A stretch of DNA of 44,504 bases, taken from a phage. The stretch lies in sequence record PZ386946.1, one strand, 5' to 3'. Made by a program: the position numbers and the translations under genes. Positions 1 to 9,359 of the stretch are shown here, piece after piece; positions within the stretch are counted from its first letter, which is position 1, and every line of letters begins with the position of its first letter. Under the pieces are notes generated by a model. It ran no database searches and had not been told where the DNA came from. It saw only the letters and a program-made list of their open reading frames with translations.

Positions 1-1566
1 ATGTCTTTAGTATGGGAAGAAATGACCATTCAGGAAAAGATGGCCGTTAAGGCGATATCAGAACACAGCTTCGAGGGCTTTCTTCGTTGCTGGTTCCAGA
101 TCACGCAAGGCGAGCGATACATCCCTAACTGGCATCACAAGTACTTGTGCAGAATAATTGACGAGATTATCGCAGGAGAGCGCAAGGACACCATCATTAA
201 CATAGCACCAGGCAGCGGAAAGACGGAAATTGCCTCAATCCACTTCCCGGCCTATTCGATGGTTAAGCTTAGGAAGGTGCGCAACCTTAACATCTCTTTT
301 GCTGACTCCCTGGTTAAGCGTAACTCGAAGCGAGTACGCGACCTTATCAAGTCTCAAGAATTTCAGTCACTCTGGCCATGCAAGTTTGGCACTTGCAAAG
401 ACGATGAGCTTCAGGTTCTTGATGAGAGTGGCAAGGTTAGATTTGAGTCAATATCAAAGGCGGCTGGAGGCCAGATTACTGGCGCTCGCGGTGGGTACAT
501 AACCGAAACATACAGCGGAGCCGTTCTTTTGGATGACTTTGACAAACCCGCAGATATGTTATCAGCAGTGTACCGATCGAATAATCACGTAATGCTTAAA
601 AATACGATTCGCTCACGTCGAGCCAGTTCTGTAAAAGGCAAAGCGACACCAATCATTTCGATACAGCAGCGGCTTCACGTCAATGACTCAACCTATTTCA
701 TGATGGAAGGCGGCATGGGTATCGAATTCGATTTGATTAAGATACCAGCATTAGTTACTGAGGATTACATTGATTCACTTCCTGACTGGATTAAAGATCA
801 GTTTGCTGATGACGTACTAAGCAGCGAATACATTGAGCGAGATGGCGTAAAGTACTACAGCTACTTTCCTAAAAAGGAATCCGTAAACGACCTGGTGGCA
901 ATGTGGGATAGCGACCCGTACACATTCCTTAGTCAATATCAGCAGGAGCCAGTAGCACTTGGTGGCAACCTAATTAACGTGGACTGGTTCCAGCGAATCA
1001 GTGATACGTTCAGACCTCCAGCTAAGTACGACTATCGATTCATAACTTGCGATACCGCAATGACCACTAAAAGTTACAGCGACTTCTCTGTTCTTCAGTT
1101 GTGGGGCTATAAAGATGCTAAGATTTACCTTATTGATCAGCGCAGGGGTAAATGGGAGGCCCCAGAGTTGGAGGCTGAACTGCTGGACTTCGAGAAGAAA
1201 TCAAGGGCAACCAGTCAGTCAGATGGTATCCTAAGAAAGATTATTATCGAGAAGAAAGCGTCTGGTATCGGCCTGATTCAATCAGCTGGCAGGGTTATGC
1301 GAACACCGATAGAGTCATACGTACCGGATAATGACAAGCTAACCAGGGTGATGAGTGCACTACCACAGATTAAGGCTGGTAACGTAGTTCTTCCAGAGTC
1401 ATCGCCGTGGCTAAACGGATTGCTCACTGAGGTTGCGGCTTTTACGGCAGATGACTCGCATAAGCACGACGACCAAATTGACTGTCTAACAATGGCGGCA
1501 AACCTTGTACTTAACATCGCGGATGATCCTAAGGCGAGACTAATGCGCATAGCAGGAATTAAATAG
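1..1566 (+). CDS. terminase large subunit
   Basis: 521 aa; Walker A-like APGSGKT and Walker B-like VLLDDFD in N-terminal ATPase, acidic C-terminal nuclease-like region; ATG at position 1 with RBS AAGAGGG at window end (circular permutation); directly follows small terminase across the window junction. Confidence 0.85.
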   Translation: MSLVWEEMTIQEKMAVKAISEHSFEGFLRCWFQITQGERYIPNWHHKYLCRIIDEIIAGERKDTIINIAPGSGKTEIASIHFPAYSMVKLRKVRNLNISFADSLVKRNSKRVRDLIKSQEFQSLWPCKFGTCKDDELQVLDESGKVRFESISKAAGGQITGARGGYITETYSGAVLLDDFDKPADMLSAVYRSNNHVMLKNTIRSRRASSVKGKATPIISIQQRLHVNDSTYFMMEGGMGIEFDLIKIPALVTEDYIDSLPDWIKDQFADDVLSSEYIERDGVKYYSYFPKKESVNDLVAMWDSDPYTFLSQYQQEPVALGGNLINVDWFQRISDTFRPPAKYDYRFITCDTAMTTKSYSDFSVLQLWGYKDAKIYLIDQRRGKWEAPELEAELLDFEKKSRATSQSDGILRKIIIEKKASGIGLIQSAGRVMRTPIESYVPDNDKLTRVMSALPQIKAGNVVLPESSPWLNGLLTEVAAFTADDSHKHDDQIDCLTMAANLVLNIADDPKARLMRIAGIK

Positions 1567-1606
1567 CACGAATTGCTAAACTAAGTCGCCACGGATGGCG
1601 TATAGT
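1562..1606 (+). promoter_or_regulatory. bipartite intergenic motif copy (AATAGCACGAATTGCTAAA - 22 nt - TATAGT)
   Basis: motif overlaps terminase stop codon TAG; spacer contains small hairpin CGCCA/TGGCG; followed by ATCGAAACGA leader and RBS. Confidence 0.5.
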
Positions 1607-1636
1607 TACTTCATCGAAACGAGAGGAGATAAACAA

Positions 1637-2026
1637 ATGACTACAATTTATTCAAAGGCATTATATCTTGGTAACATTGATAATGAAGACTGTGGATTCA
1701 CCGTTGGTAAGAAATATAGGGTTAACCGTTTTGATACTGATGATGAAAACTATTTTTGGTGCGTAGATGATCATGATGGTTACCGTTACATAAAAAACGG
1801 AGAATTCCACAAGTTTGATATCCGCGAAGAGGGAGAGGGTTTCGTAACTGAAAGCGAATGCGCAGCCAAAGCCACTGACAATAATAAAAAACCATATCTA
1901 AGATATTACATAAACGGACATGAGGTTGACGTGATTGAGTTCGGAAATGTTGGTCGTACTGTATATGCTCTTGATCGGGATGGCGTAAAGTGCGACACAA
2001 TCAAGTTCGAAGTAAAATTCGAGTAA
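1637..2026 (+). CDS. hypothetical protein (moron-like insert between terminase and portal)
   Basis: ORF track 1595..2026; chosen start is ATG 1637 preceded by GAGAGGAG RBS; upstream bipartite motif and downstream hairpin terminator; N-terminus MTTIYSK resembles the 30187 ORF. Confidence 0.55.
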   Translation: MTTIYSKALYLGNIDNEDCGFTVGKKYRVNRFDTDDENYFWCVDDHDGYRYIKNGEFHKFDIREEGEGFVTESECAAKATDNNKKPYLRYYINGHEVDVIEFGNVGRTVYALDRDGVKCDTIKFEVKFE

Positions 2027-2047
2027 TTAAAAGCCGTGTGATAAACT

Positions 2048-2071
2048 AGCCCCTACATGGGGCTTTTTTAT
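2048..2071 (+). terminator. rho-independent terminator
   Basis: hairpin AGCCCC-TACAT-GGGGCT followed by TTTTTTA. Confidence 0.6.
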
Positions 2072-2082
2072 TGGAGAAAAAC

Positions 2083-3336
2083 ATGGTTAAGACAGACAGC
2101 TACGCCAATATCTTTCTAGGCGGTAGTGATGGTAGTGAGATTTACGGAAGTTTACAGAATCAGGATCCTACAATCCTGTCTTCTCTTTATGCGAATAATG
2201 CACTGGTGCGTAGAATTATCGATACAATCCCGGAAACAGCATTAGCGGCAGGATTCTACATTGATGGTATTGATGATGAGCCTGCATTCTGGTCGCGCTG
2301 GGATGATTTTGAGATGACTCGGAATATTAACGACGCCTGGTCGTGGGCGAGATTATTCGGTGGTTCTGCCATTGTAGCTATCGTTAAGGACAATAGGGCG
2401 CTAACGAGTCCGGTAAGAGAAGGTGCAGAACTTGAAACTGTCCGTGTTTACGACCGCACGCAAGTAAAAGTACAAACTCGCGAGGAGAACCCACGCAACG
2501 CGCGATTTGGTAAGCCGCTAACCTATCGTATCACCACAAACGAAAGCGATATGTTCTACGATGTGCACTACAGCCGCATTCACATCATTGACGGAGAGCG
2601 AATTCCTAACGTAATGCGTAGGCAGAATGATGGCTGGGGCCGCAGCGTTCTATCAAGTGACATTCTTGACTCAATTAAGGATTACACCAACTGCGAACGA
2701 CTGGCTACGCAGTTACTGAAGCGCAAGCAGCAAGCAGTGTGGAAGGCGAAAGGTCTGGCTGAGTTATGTGATGATAGCGAAGGATTTGGTGCCGCTAGAT
2801 TACGACTTGCACAGGTTGATAACAATAGCGGCGTGGGTCAGGCGATTGGTATTGACGCAGAATCTGAAGAATACAGTGTTCTTAACTCTGATATTGGTGG
2901 TATTGATGCGTTTCTGGATAAGAAGTTTGACAGAATCGTCGCACTGAGCGGTATTCATGAAATCATCCTGAAGAACAAGAACGTCGGCGGCGTATCCTCA
3001 AGCCAGAATACAGCACTAGAGACATTTCACAAGCTGGTTGACCGCAAGCGCAACTCTGAGTTGCTTCCTATTCTTGAGTTCTTAATACCGTTCATTGTTA
3101 ACGTTGACGAATGGTCAGTTGAGTTTAATCCTCTGGCACAGGAATCAAGCAAGGACAAAGCGGAGATTCTGGAGAAGAACGTAAGCAGCATTGCTACACT
3201 AATTGCATCTGGCGCTATGGATACTAACGAGGCACGTGATACACTGCGAACTATCGCACCAGAGATTAAGATTGGTGATGGTGATATTGAATCTCAACAA
3301 CAAGAACCAGTAGAGGAGGCTGTAATTAATGAGTAA
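2083..3336 (+). CDS. portal protein (putative)
   Basis: about 417 aa ORF immediately after terminase; track start 2071 is TTG, ATG 2083 has GGAG 6 nt upstream; assignment by position and size. Confidence 0.65.
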   Translation: MVKTDSYANIFLGGSDGSEIYGSLQNQDPTILSSLYANNALVRRIIDTIPETALAAGFYIDGIDDEPAFWSRWDDFEMTRNINDAWSWARLFGGSAIVAIVKDNRALTSPVREGAELETVRVYDRTQVKVQTREENPRNARFGKPLTYRITTNESDMFYDVHYSRIHIIDGERIPNVMRRQNDGWGRSVLSSDILDSIKDYTNCERLATQLLKRKQQAVWKAKGLAELCDDSEGFGAARLRLAQVDNNSGVGQAIGIDAESEEYSVLNSDIGGIDAFLDKKFDRIVALSGIHEIILKNKNVGGVSSSQNTALETFHKLVDRKRNSELLPILEFLIPFIVNVDEWSVEFNPLAQESSKDKAEILEKNVSSIATLIASGAMDTNEARDTLRTIAPEIKIGDGDIESQQQEPVEEAVINE

Positions 3337-4414
3337 AATCCGCTATGACAGCGCAAAGTTTAAGGCAACAATCGACGAGAATGGATTCTTAGTCGACACT
3401 CCAGTGGTCGCACGTCTCGGTGTGCAGGTCTACTACATGGATGACGGCCGCACTGTCCGAGAGTTTCGCCCAGCGGAGGAGGTTTTCAAGGATGAATCTC
3501 TAGCCAGCTACCAGGGTAAGCCAATGACTCTTGACCATGTTTTCGTTAACTCAGAGAACGCTAAAGAGGTAGTAGTTGGCTCAGTTGCTGGAAAGGCAGA
3601 GCCATTAGGCAGCTCCGTGGTTGCTCCAATTGTTATTTACGATAACACAGCCATTAAGGAAGCTATGGCAGGTAACGCAAAGGAGTTATCCGTTGGATAC
3701 TCATCAGTTATTGATTACACCCCAGGTTGGGGTGACCCTGTTACTGGTGAGTACTTCCTTAAGTCTGAAAGTGAGCTATTCGACGTACCAGAAGGATGGC
3801 AGGAGTTCGACGCAATTCAGCGTGACATTAAAGTGAATCATCTCGCAATGGTATATCGCGGTCGCGCAGGTATTGCCAAATTGAATATGGACGGTGAGCA
3901 GGAAAACCCGTATACTACTGACGTTGATATCAATAAAGAGGATAAACAGGAAATGATTAAGATTAAACTCGACGGCGCGCAGGAATTCGAAGTCGCCCCG
4001 GAAATCGCTTCTCACATCGAAGCACTGAACGCAAAGGCTGACACTGCAATCGCAGAGCGTGATGCACTGAAAGCAAAAGTAGATGCAATGCCTTCTGAAA
4101 TCGAAGCTGCAGTTGCTAAAGCGAAAGCTGACGCTGATGCTCTTGCTGCTCTGGTAGCTGTTGCTGCTGAAGCTGGTGTAAAGGCTGATGGCCTGGATGC
4201 TAAAGGCATTAAAGTTGCCTACGTTAAAGAAATCTCCGGCCTTGATGTTAGTGAGAAATCTGATGCGTACATCGACGCGGCGTTCGACATTGCCAAAGAA
4301 TCTGATAAAATGGCTGAAGTACGTAAAGCGACTACCGCTTCCGACAAATCTGACAGCGCCGATGAGCCTAAGAAATTAGACCCACGTGCTCGTTTAGCTA
4401 AAATTAAGAAATAA
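3329..4414 (+). CDS. head morphogenesis protein (putative prohead protease/scaffold-like)
   Basis: 361 aa; overlaps portal stop; C-terminal Ala/Lys/Glu-rich predicted coiled coil typical of scaffolding proteins; function inferred from position. Confidence 0.45.
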   Translation: MSKIRYDSAKFKATIDENGFLVDTPVVARLGVQVYYMDDGRTVREFRPAEEVFKDESLASYQGKPMTLDHVFVNSENAKEVVVGSVAGKAEPLGSSVVAPIVIYDNTAIKEAMAGNAKELSVGYSSVIDYTPGWGDPVTGEYFLKSESELFDVPEGWQEFDAIQRDIKVNHLAMVYRGRAGIAKLNMDGEQENPYTTDVDINKEDKQEMIKIKLDGAQEFEVAPEIASHIEALNAKADTAIAERDALKAKVDAMPSEIEAAVAKAKADADALAALVAVAAEAGVKADGLDAKGIKVAYVKEISGLDVSEKSDAYIDAAFDIAKESDKMAEVRKATTASDKSDSADEPKKLDPRARLAKIKK

Positions 4415-4426
4415 GGAGTTATAAAC

Positions 4427-4936
4427 ATGGCAATTCGTTCCGTAGCACTAGCTGGTATGATTTCTGATACTTCGCTATATAACATCGACGGCGCTTGTGT
4501 GGTTGGCGGCGCAGCAGCCATTCCGGTTGGCACTTTTGTTGGCGTTACATCCGCTCAGCCTGTAGATGGTCACAAGGTTGTTGGACTCCCAGTCGTAACT
4601 GGATCGGAAGTTAAACCTTATGGTGTTGTTGTTAAATCTCATTACGAGACTCCAGATGGCACAGCTCGCGTAAATGAAGCGGTTAACGTAATGACACATG
4701 GTCGAATCTGGGTTCGTACAACTCTAGCGTCTGCTCCAGCTTTTGGTGGCAAGGTTTACGTAAACGCGAGTGGCGTTGTTGTTGCTGAGGCTGCTACCAC
4801 TACTTGGGAGACTGGATTTACATTTGCTGGCGGTTACATCGCAAATACCGGCACAGACACACAAAACATGAGCGTTGATGGCGCACTAGTTGAAGTTCAG
4901 CTAATTCAATCCGCAGACTCAACTGTTGCGGCTTAA
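4427..4936 (+). CDS. putative head decoration / minor capsid protein
   Basis: 169 aa ORF between scaffold-like gene and major capsid gene, strong RBS AAGGAG; function from position only. Confidence 0.35.
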   Translation: MAIRSVALAGMISDTSLYNIDGACVVGGAAAIPVGTFVGVTSAQPVDGHKVVGLPVVTGSEVKPYGVVVKSHYETPDGTARVNEAVNVMTHGRIWVRTTLASAPAFGGKVYVNASGVVVAEAATTTWETGFTFAGGYIANTGTDTQNMSVDGALVEVQLIQSADSTVAA

Positions 4937-4952
4937 TATTTAAGATATATAA

Positions 4953-4976
4953 AGCCTCCTTCGGGAGGTTTTTTAT
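4953..4976 (+). terminator. rho-independent terminator
   Basis: hairpin GCCTCC-TTCG-GGAGGT followed by TTTTTATT. Confidence 0.65.
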
Positions 4977-5060
4977 TGCTTGCATGCCCCACCATTGCGC
5001 GGCCCAAAAACTCGTGTATAATGAATCCGTAGACACCTAACTGAAAAGGAACAATAAAGA

Positions 5061-6005
5061 ATGGCCATTAAATTTGATGCAGAACAAGCAAAAATCACCG
5101 CTCACCTCGAGCAAATGGGCGTAGAGAAAGCCGATGCCGCTGGTATCTGGACCGTTAGCCAGTTGACCGCTTCCCTGAAGCGCGCCTACGAAAAAGAATA
5201 TGCAGAAAACTCAGTTGTCAATATCTTCCCGGTAACCAATGAAATTCCTGGTCATGCGAAGTATTTCGAATACCCAGAGTTTGATGGTGTTGGCATTGCA
5301 CAGATTATCGCTGATTACTCTGATGACCTGCCGCTGGTTGACTCTTTCATGACCGAGAAACAAGGTAAAGTGTTCCGTTTCGGTAACGCGTTCCTGATTT
5401 CCACGGATGAAATCAAAGCAGGCGCAGCAACTGGTCAGTCTCTGTCAACTCGCAAGCAAGCACTGGCTTTCGAAGCGCACGACAACCTGCTGGATAAACT
5501 GGTGTGGTCTGGTTCCACTCCTCACGGTATCGTAAGCGTATTCGATCAACCTAACATCAACAACGTTGTTGCCACTCCAAACTGGAGCGTCCCGCAGAAC
5601 GCGATTGATGACGTCACTGCGATGATTGATGCGGTTGAAAGCTCAACTCAGGGCCTACATCATGTAACTGACATTCTGCTTCCGGCTTCCGCTCGTCGAG
5701 TAATGCAGGGACTGGTTCCGCAGACAAACCTGAGTTACGGCGAATTGTTCACTCGTAACAACCCTGGTCTGACTATTCGCTTTATGCAGTTCCTGGATAA
5801 CTACGATGGCGCGGATGGTAAAGCTGCTCTGGCGTTTGAAAAGAGTCCACTCAATATGTCTATCGAGATTCCGGAAGCTACCAACGTTCTTCCAGGACAA
5901 CCTAAGGACTTGCACTTTAAGTACCCTGTAACATCAAAAGCGACAGGATTGATTGTTTATCGTCCTCTGACGATGGCTGTAATCAAAGGCATCACCTTCG
6001 CGTGA
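5061..6005 (+). CDS. major capsid protein
   Basis: 314 aa ORF flanked by strong hairpin terminators (4953..4976, 6011..6033), typical high-expression capsid gene context; position after scaffold/decoration genes. Confidence 0.7.
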   Translation: MAIKFDAEQAKITAHLEQMGVEKADAAGIWTVSQLTASLKRAYEKEYAENSVVNIFPVTNEIPGHAKYFEYPEFDGVGIAQIIADYSDDLPLVDSFMTEKQGKVFRFGNAFLISTDEIKAGAATGQSLSTRKQALAFEAHDNLLDKLVWSGSTPHGIVSVFDQPNINNVVATPNWSVPQNAIDDVTAMIDAVESSTQGLHHVTDILLPASARRVMQGLVPQTNLSYGELFTRNNPGLTIRFMQFLDNYDGADGKAALAFEKSPLNMSIEIPEATNVLPGQPKDLHFKYPVTSKATGLIVYRPLTMAVIKGITFA

Positions 6006-6010
6006 TAAAT

Positions 6011-6033
6011 CGCCCTCTTCGGAGGGCTTTTTT
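6011..6033 (+). terminator. rho-independent terminator after major capsid gene
   Basis: hairpin CGCCCTC-TTCG-GAGGGC followed by TTTTTT. Confidence 0.7.
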
Positions 6034-6097
6034 ACGTCTGTACCAAATGGATTTGTTGGGTTATAATCACTCAATCAGATAAACAAAGGAGACAAAA

Positions 6098-6343
6098 ATG
6101 ATTCGTTTAGAACACACTGGCGCTTGCCTTATCGTTTACAAGGGTGAGAAATATTTGCCTGGTGACACTTTCGAGGCTGATGTAATTTGCGACGGACTCA
6201 AGCGTTTAATCGCAGAGGGTAAACTCACCATTGAGGGTGATGCCAAAGCAACCAAACAGATTGCGCAAGAAGTTGTTAGCAAGAAAAAGCGCAAAGAACC
6301 GAAAACCATCTCCGAGGCTGAGACTGGTAACGAGTACAAATAA
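6098..6343 (+). CDS. hypothetical protein
   Basis: 81 aa ORF with AAAGGAG RBS, bracketed by hairpin terminators; Lys-rich C-terminus. Confidence 0.45.
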   Translation: MIRLEHTGACLIVYKGEKYLPGDTFEADVICDGLKRLIAEGKLTIEGDAKATKQIAQEVVSKKKRKEPKTISEAETGNEYK

Positions 6344-6384
6344 CAAATGGGGCGCTTCGGCGTCCTTTATTGTATGGAGCTAAT

Positions 6385-6786
6385 ATGAATGATGCAATTT
6401 TGGCGTTTATGCGCTCGCTTGTACCTGCTCTCAAAGCGGTGGGTGACGAATCAATTAATGTATGGATTGATTTGGCACGTCTATACGTATGCGAAAGCAA
6501 GTTTGGCGCAGACAAAGATAAGGCTGTGGGCCTTTATGCATTACACCTGATGCTCGCTGATGGCGCATTTAAGGGAGAGAATGAAGGGCTGGAAACATAC
6601 AGCCGTAGGATGGCAAGTTATGCACTGAGCGGTGAATTCTCTATCACCTATGATACTCAGTCAGCAGCATCTGGCGACTTATCATCTTCTCAATTCGGCA
6701 GGATGTACAAGGCGCTTCTTCGCAAGAAAGGTGGCGGCTTCGGATTGATTACTTCCGCTGGTGGCGGTGGGTGCGGCTGCCGATGA
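6385..6786 (+). CDS. putative head-tail connector / head completion protein
   Basis: track start 6370 is TTG; ATG 6385 has GGAG 5 nt upstream; position between capsid and tail genes. Confidence 0.4.
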   Translation: MNDAILAFMRSLVPALKAVGDESINVWIDLARLYVCESKFGADKDKAVGLYALHLMLADGAFKGENEGLETYSRRMASYALSGEFSITYDTQSAASGDLSSSQFGRMYKALLRKKGGGFGLITSAGGGGCGCR

Positions 6787-7154
6787 ACTACTCAGAGATC
6801 GAATCAATTACTCGCGATGGCATTAACTTCTTCAGTGATGCTAATGGGGTTTACGAGATGAGTACTGGTGCTGGATATGTTGAAATCGTTAACGGCGTTG
6901 AAGTAGAAGTTCCAGCGCAAACATTCCAGCTAAAAGGCTTGGTGCGAGAAATCAAGACGCGCGATATCGATGGTGAGTTTATCCAGTTTGGCGATAAGCG
7001 CGGAATCTTCACGGCACAGGTGGAAATCAAGCAGGGTTATCAGATTAAAGTTGATGGTGAGACTTTTGTTGTTGTTGACCCTCGACCTGTAAAACCTACA
7101 GGTACAGTTGCTGGTTACAGGCCAATACTTCGCAGGGTGGCTACTTATGGCTAG
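6783..7154 (+). CDS. putative head-tail joining protein
   Basis: ATGA start/stop overlap with upstream gene (translational coupling); position. Confidence 0.4.
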   Translation: MNYSEIESITRDGINFFSDANGVYEMSTGAGYVEIVNGVEVEVPAQTFQLKGLVREIKTRDIDGEFIQFGDKRGIFTAQVEIKQGYQIKVDGETFVVVDPRPVKPTGTVAGYRPILRRVATYG

Positions 7155-7584
7155 AAATATTGGAAGCGTGGCTACTTTTGAGAAATCTATTGCTGACTGG
7201 ATTGACAAGGCCGATAAAGGTTTCGAGATTGTAGTGGCTAATACTGTCATTAAAACAGCTAGCGCAATTGTTGACCTTTCGCCTGTAGACACTGGTAGGT
7301 TCAAAGCTAACTGGCAAATCACCGCAAATTCACCGGCCCAGCAATCACTGAATGAGTACGATCAGACTGGTGGGCAGACGAAAACATATCTCGCCAGACA
7401 GGCTAGATCAGTCGCCAACTCAAAAGCTACTAGTGTTATTTATATAACCAACCGACTTGATTACGCAGCAGATCTTGAGTACGGAGCTTCAAATCAGGCT
7501 CCAGCTGGCGTTTTAGGTGTGGTGCAAGCAAGATTGGGTAGGTATTTCCAGGAAGCAGTAGAGGAGGCGCGTCGTGCAATATGA
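7147..7584 (+). CDS. putative tail completion / neck protein
   Basis: ATG 7147 overlaps upstream stop; track start 7108 is TTG; position. Confidence 0.4.
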   Translation: MARNIGSVATFEKSIADWIDKADKGFEIVVANTVIKTASAIVDLSPVDTGRFKANWQITANSPAQQSLNEYDQTGGQTKTYLARQARSVANSKATSVIYITNRLDYAADLEYGASNQAPAGVLGVVQARLGRYFQEAVEEARRAI

Positions 7585-7975
7585 ATTATCATTAGCGGCA
7601 AGGAAATTCGTCAATGATTTACTGGTAAATGAATTTCCGGTCAGATATCCAGTTGCGTGGGAGAATGCTGCGTTCACTCCTCCGGCAGATGGGTCAATCT
7701 GGCTTAAGTACGACTACACAGAAGTTGATACTGTAACCTACGGATTAAGCAGGAAGTGCAAATACTACGTAGGCATGGTGCAGATTTCTGTTTTCTTCAG
7801 CCCGGGCACTGGAATTGACAGGCCCAGACAAATCGCTAATAAATTGGCAGAATCTATCGTTGATGGTACAATCATTGGCAGCGGGACCATTTATGATTCT
7901 GGAGTTGTTAACCCCGTTATCAAATCCAAGTCTGGGTGGTTTATCCCGGTTCGTTTTTATGTTCGTCTAGACTAA
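7574..7975 (+). CDS. putative tail terminator protein
   Basis: GTG start with GAGGAGG RBS 6 nt upstream, overlaps upstream stop; position before major tail protein. Confidence 0.4.
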   Translation: MQYELSLAARKFVNDLLVNEFPVRYPVAWENAAFTPPADGSIWLKYDYTEVDTVTYGLSRKCKYYVGMVQISVFFSPGTGIDRPRQIANKLAESIVDGTIIGSGTIYDSGVVNPVIKSKSGWFIPVRFYVRLD

Positions 7976-7990
7976 CAAAAGGAAAAATAC

Positions 7991-8647
7991 ATGGCTCATT
8001 TATCAAACGGCACCCAGGTGTTCGTAGAAGGCTCTCGCGGAACTGCAATTGACGTAACTGCAATTTCCAACGCAGCTACCCCTGTTTTAACTGTATCTGA
8101 AGGATCCGGCCTGGCTAAGGGTGACTACCTTCTGTTTACTGCCTCCAGCTCAACTCTCCTGAGCGACAAACAGGTGCGAGTAACTGAAGTTTCTGGCACT
8201 TCGGTAACAGTTGAGGGAATTGACACAACCAATACCACAAAGTTCCCGGCTGGTTTAACTGGTGAAGTTGTTAAAATTACCTCATGGTTCGAGGTTCCGT
8301 GTGTTCAGGACGTATCTACTGACGGCGGCGAGCAGCAATTCGTTAACTTCCAATGCTTGTCAGATGACCGCGAGCAGCAGATTCCAACTTACAAGTCTGC
8401 GGTAACGAATACCTTCACCTTCGCTCATGAGTACACTAACCCGGTTTATCCTGTTCTGCGTAACTACGATGAGTCAGGCCAGGTTGTTGCTATTCGTCTG
8501 TTTGTACCTCGCGCTCAGGAAATGCGTTTGCAGTCCGGCACTATCGCTTTCAACGACACACCTACCATTGGCGTTAACGAAATCGAAACGGTATCCATCG
8601 CAGTATCAATTCGTGGTCGACTGTCCTCTGTGGCAGCAGAAGTTTAA
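7991..8647 (+). CDS. major tail protein (putative)
   Basis: 218 aa ORF followed by strong hairpin terminator 8653..8678; position upstream of chaperone and tape measure. Confidence 0.6.
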   Translation: MAHLSNGTQVFVEGSRGTAIDVTAISNAATPVLTVSEGSGLAKGDYLLFTASSSTLLSDKQVRVTEVSGTSVTVEGIDTTNTTKFPAGLTGEVVKITSWFEVPCVQDVSTDGGEQQFVNFQCLSDDREQQIPTYKSAVTNTFTFAHEYTNPVYPVLRNYDESGQVVAIRLFVPRAQEMRLQSGTIAFNDTPTIGVNEIETVSIAVSIRGRLSSVAAEV

Positions 8648-8652
8648 AACGC

Positions 8653-8678
8653 AAACCCTCTTCGGAGGGTTTTTTATT
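8653..8678 (+). terminator. rho-independent terminator after major tail gene
   Basis: hairpin AAACCCTC-TTCG-GAGGGTTT followed by TTTTATT. Confidence 0.7.
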
Positions 8679-8680
8679 GC

Positions 8681-8724
8681 ATGGCACTTTTTGCTAAAGC
8701 GTTTATCCAGCTTTACTGTATAGT
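8681..8724 (+). promoter_or_regulatory. bipartite motif copy (variant ATGGCACTTTTTGCTAAAG ... TATAGT)
   Basis: variant first half, conserved TATAGTTACTTCATAGAAACGA second half. Confidence 0.4.
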
Positions 8725-8757
8725 TACTTCATAGAAACGAAATGAGAGACTAAAGAA

Positions 8758-9006
8758 ATGAATGACGTTAAAAACATCATCAAGTTTGCTGCAGTTCTGG
8801 TTGCTTTTTATGCAGCAGTTCAGATTGTTAACCCAACTGGAGAGGCGGATGCAAATAGCAAGGCAAACAAATATACTGTTGAATTTGCCAAGGCTGAGCG
8901 AGCATGTCAGGATCTTGTGGGTGGTAAGGTTGACCAAATCATGAAATATGGCAAAGAGGTCTGCAAGGACTCAGCTGCTAAGATTGCAAAAGAAAACACT
9001 AAGTAA
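8758..9006 (+). CDS. small secreted/membrane protein (moron-like)
   Basis: 82 aa; N-terminal hydrophobic segment FAAVLVAFYAAVQIV consistent with signal peptide or anchor; own copy of the bipartite motif upstream. Confidence 0.45.
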   Translation: MNDVKNIIKFAAVLVAFYAAVQIVNPTGEADANSKANKYTVEFAKAERACQDLVGGKVDQIMKYGKEVCKDSAAKIAKENTK

Positions 9007-9044
9007 TAGAATACATACTCATAAACAATAAGGGGATCAACAAA

Positions 9045-9359
9045 ATGGCTAAATTCAAACTTTCACTGGCAGCACTTCCTGACTTTAAGCTGCCTGTAAA
9101 ATTCAAGCTGGCTAACGACAAGGATGTAGAGGTTATCTTTACAGTAAAGCACAAGAAGACCTCAGAGCTTCAGGAGTTACTACAGAAAGAAGACTTAAGT
9201 ACTAAAGAATTGATCATGGCAATCGCCTCTGATTGGGATCTGGAAGAAGAATTTAATGAAGAAAACGTCATCGAGTTTGCTGATTTATTCCCAGCATCTA
9301 CAGTTGCGCTTACTACCTCTTATATGCAGTCGCTTGCTGGTCAGCGAGTAAAAAACTAA
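9045..9359 (+). CDS. tail assembly chaperone (lambda G-like)
   Basis: 104 aa ORF immediately upstream of tape measure; ends ...VKN with slippery heptamer A_AAA_AAC at 9350..9356. Confidence 0.6.
   Translation: MAKFKLSLAALPDFKLPVKFKLANDKDVEVIFTVKHKKTSELQELLQKEDLSTKELIMAIASDWDLEEEFNEENVIEFADLFPASTVALTTSYMQSLAGQRVKN

Noticed and set aside
230-502. Alternative-frame ORFs embedded inside long genes (for example 230..502, 1278..1550, 3621..3836, 4012..4209, 9932..10144, 15375..15572, 23595..23831, 25926..26210)
   Set aside because: They lie wholly inside well-supported longer genes in another frame or strand, lack RBSs, and have biased low-complexity composition typical of frame shadows.
1595-1636. 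Upstream extended starts proposed by the ORF track (1595, 30139, 33693, 2071, 6370, 13107, 18670, 25794)
   Set aside because: These start at TTG/GTG or at ATGs inside the conserved bipartite motif and leader. Downstream ATGs with proper RBS spacing were preferred.
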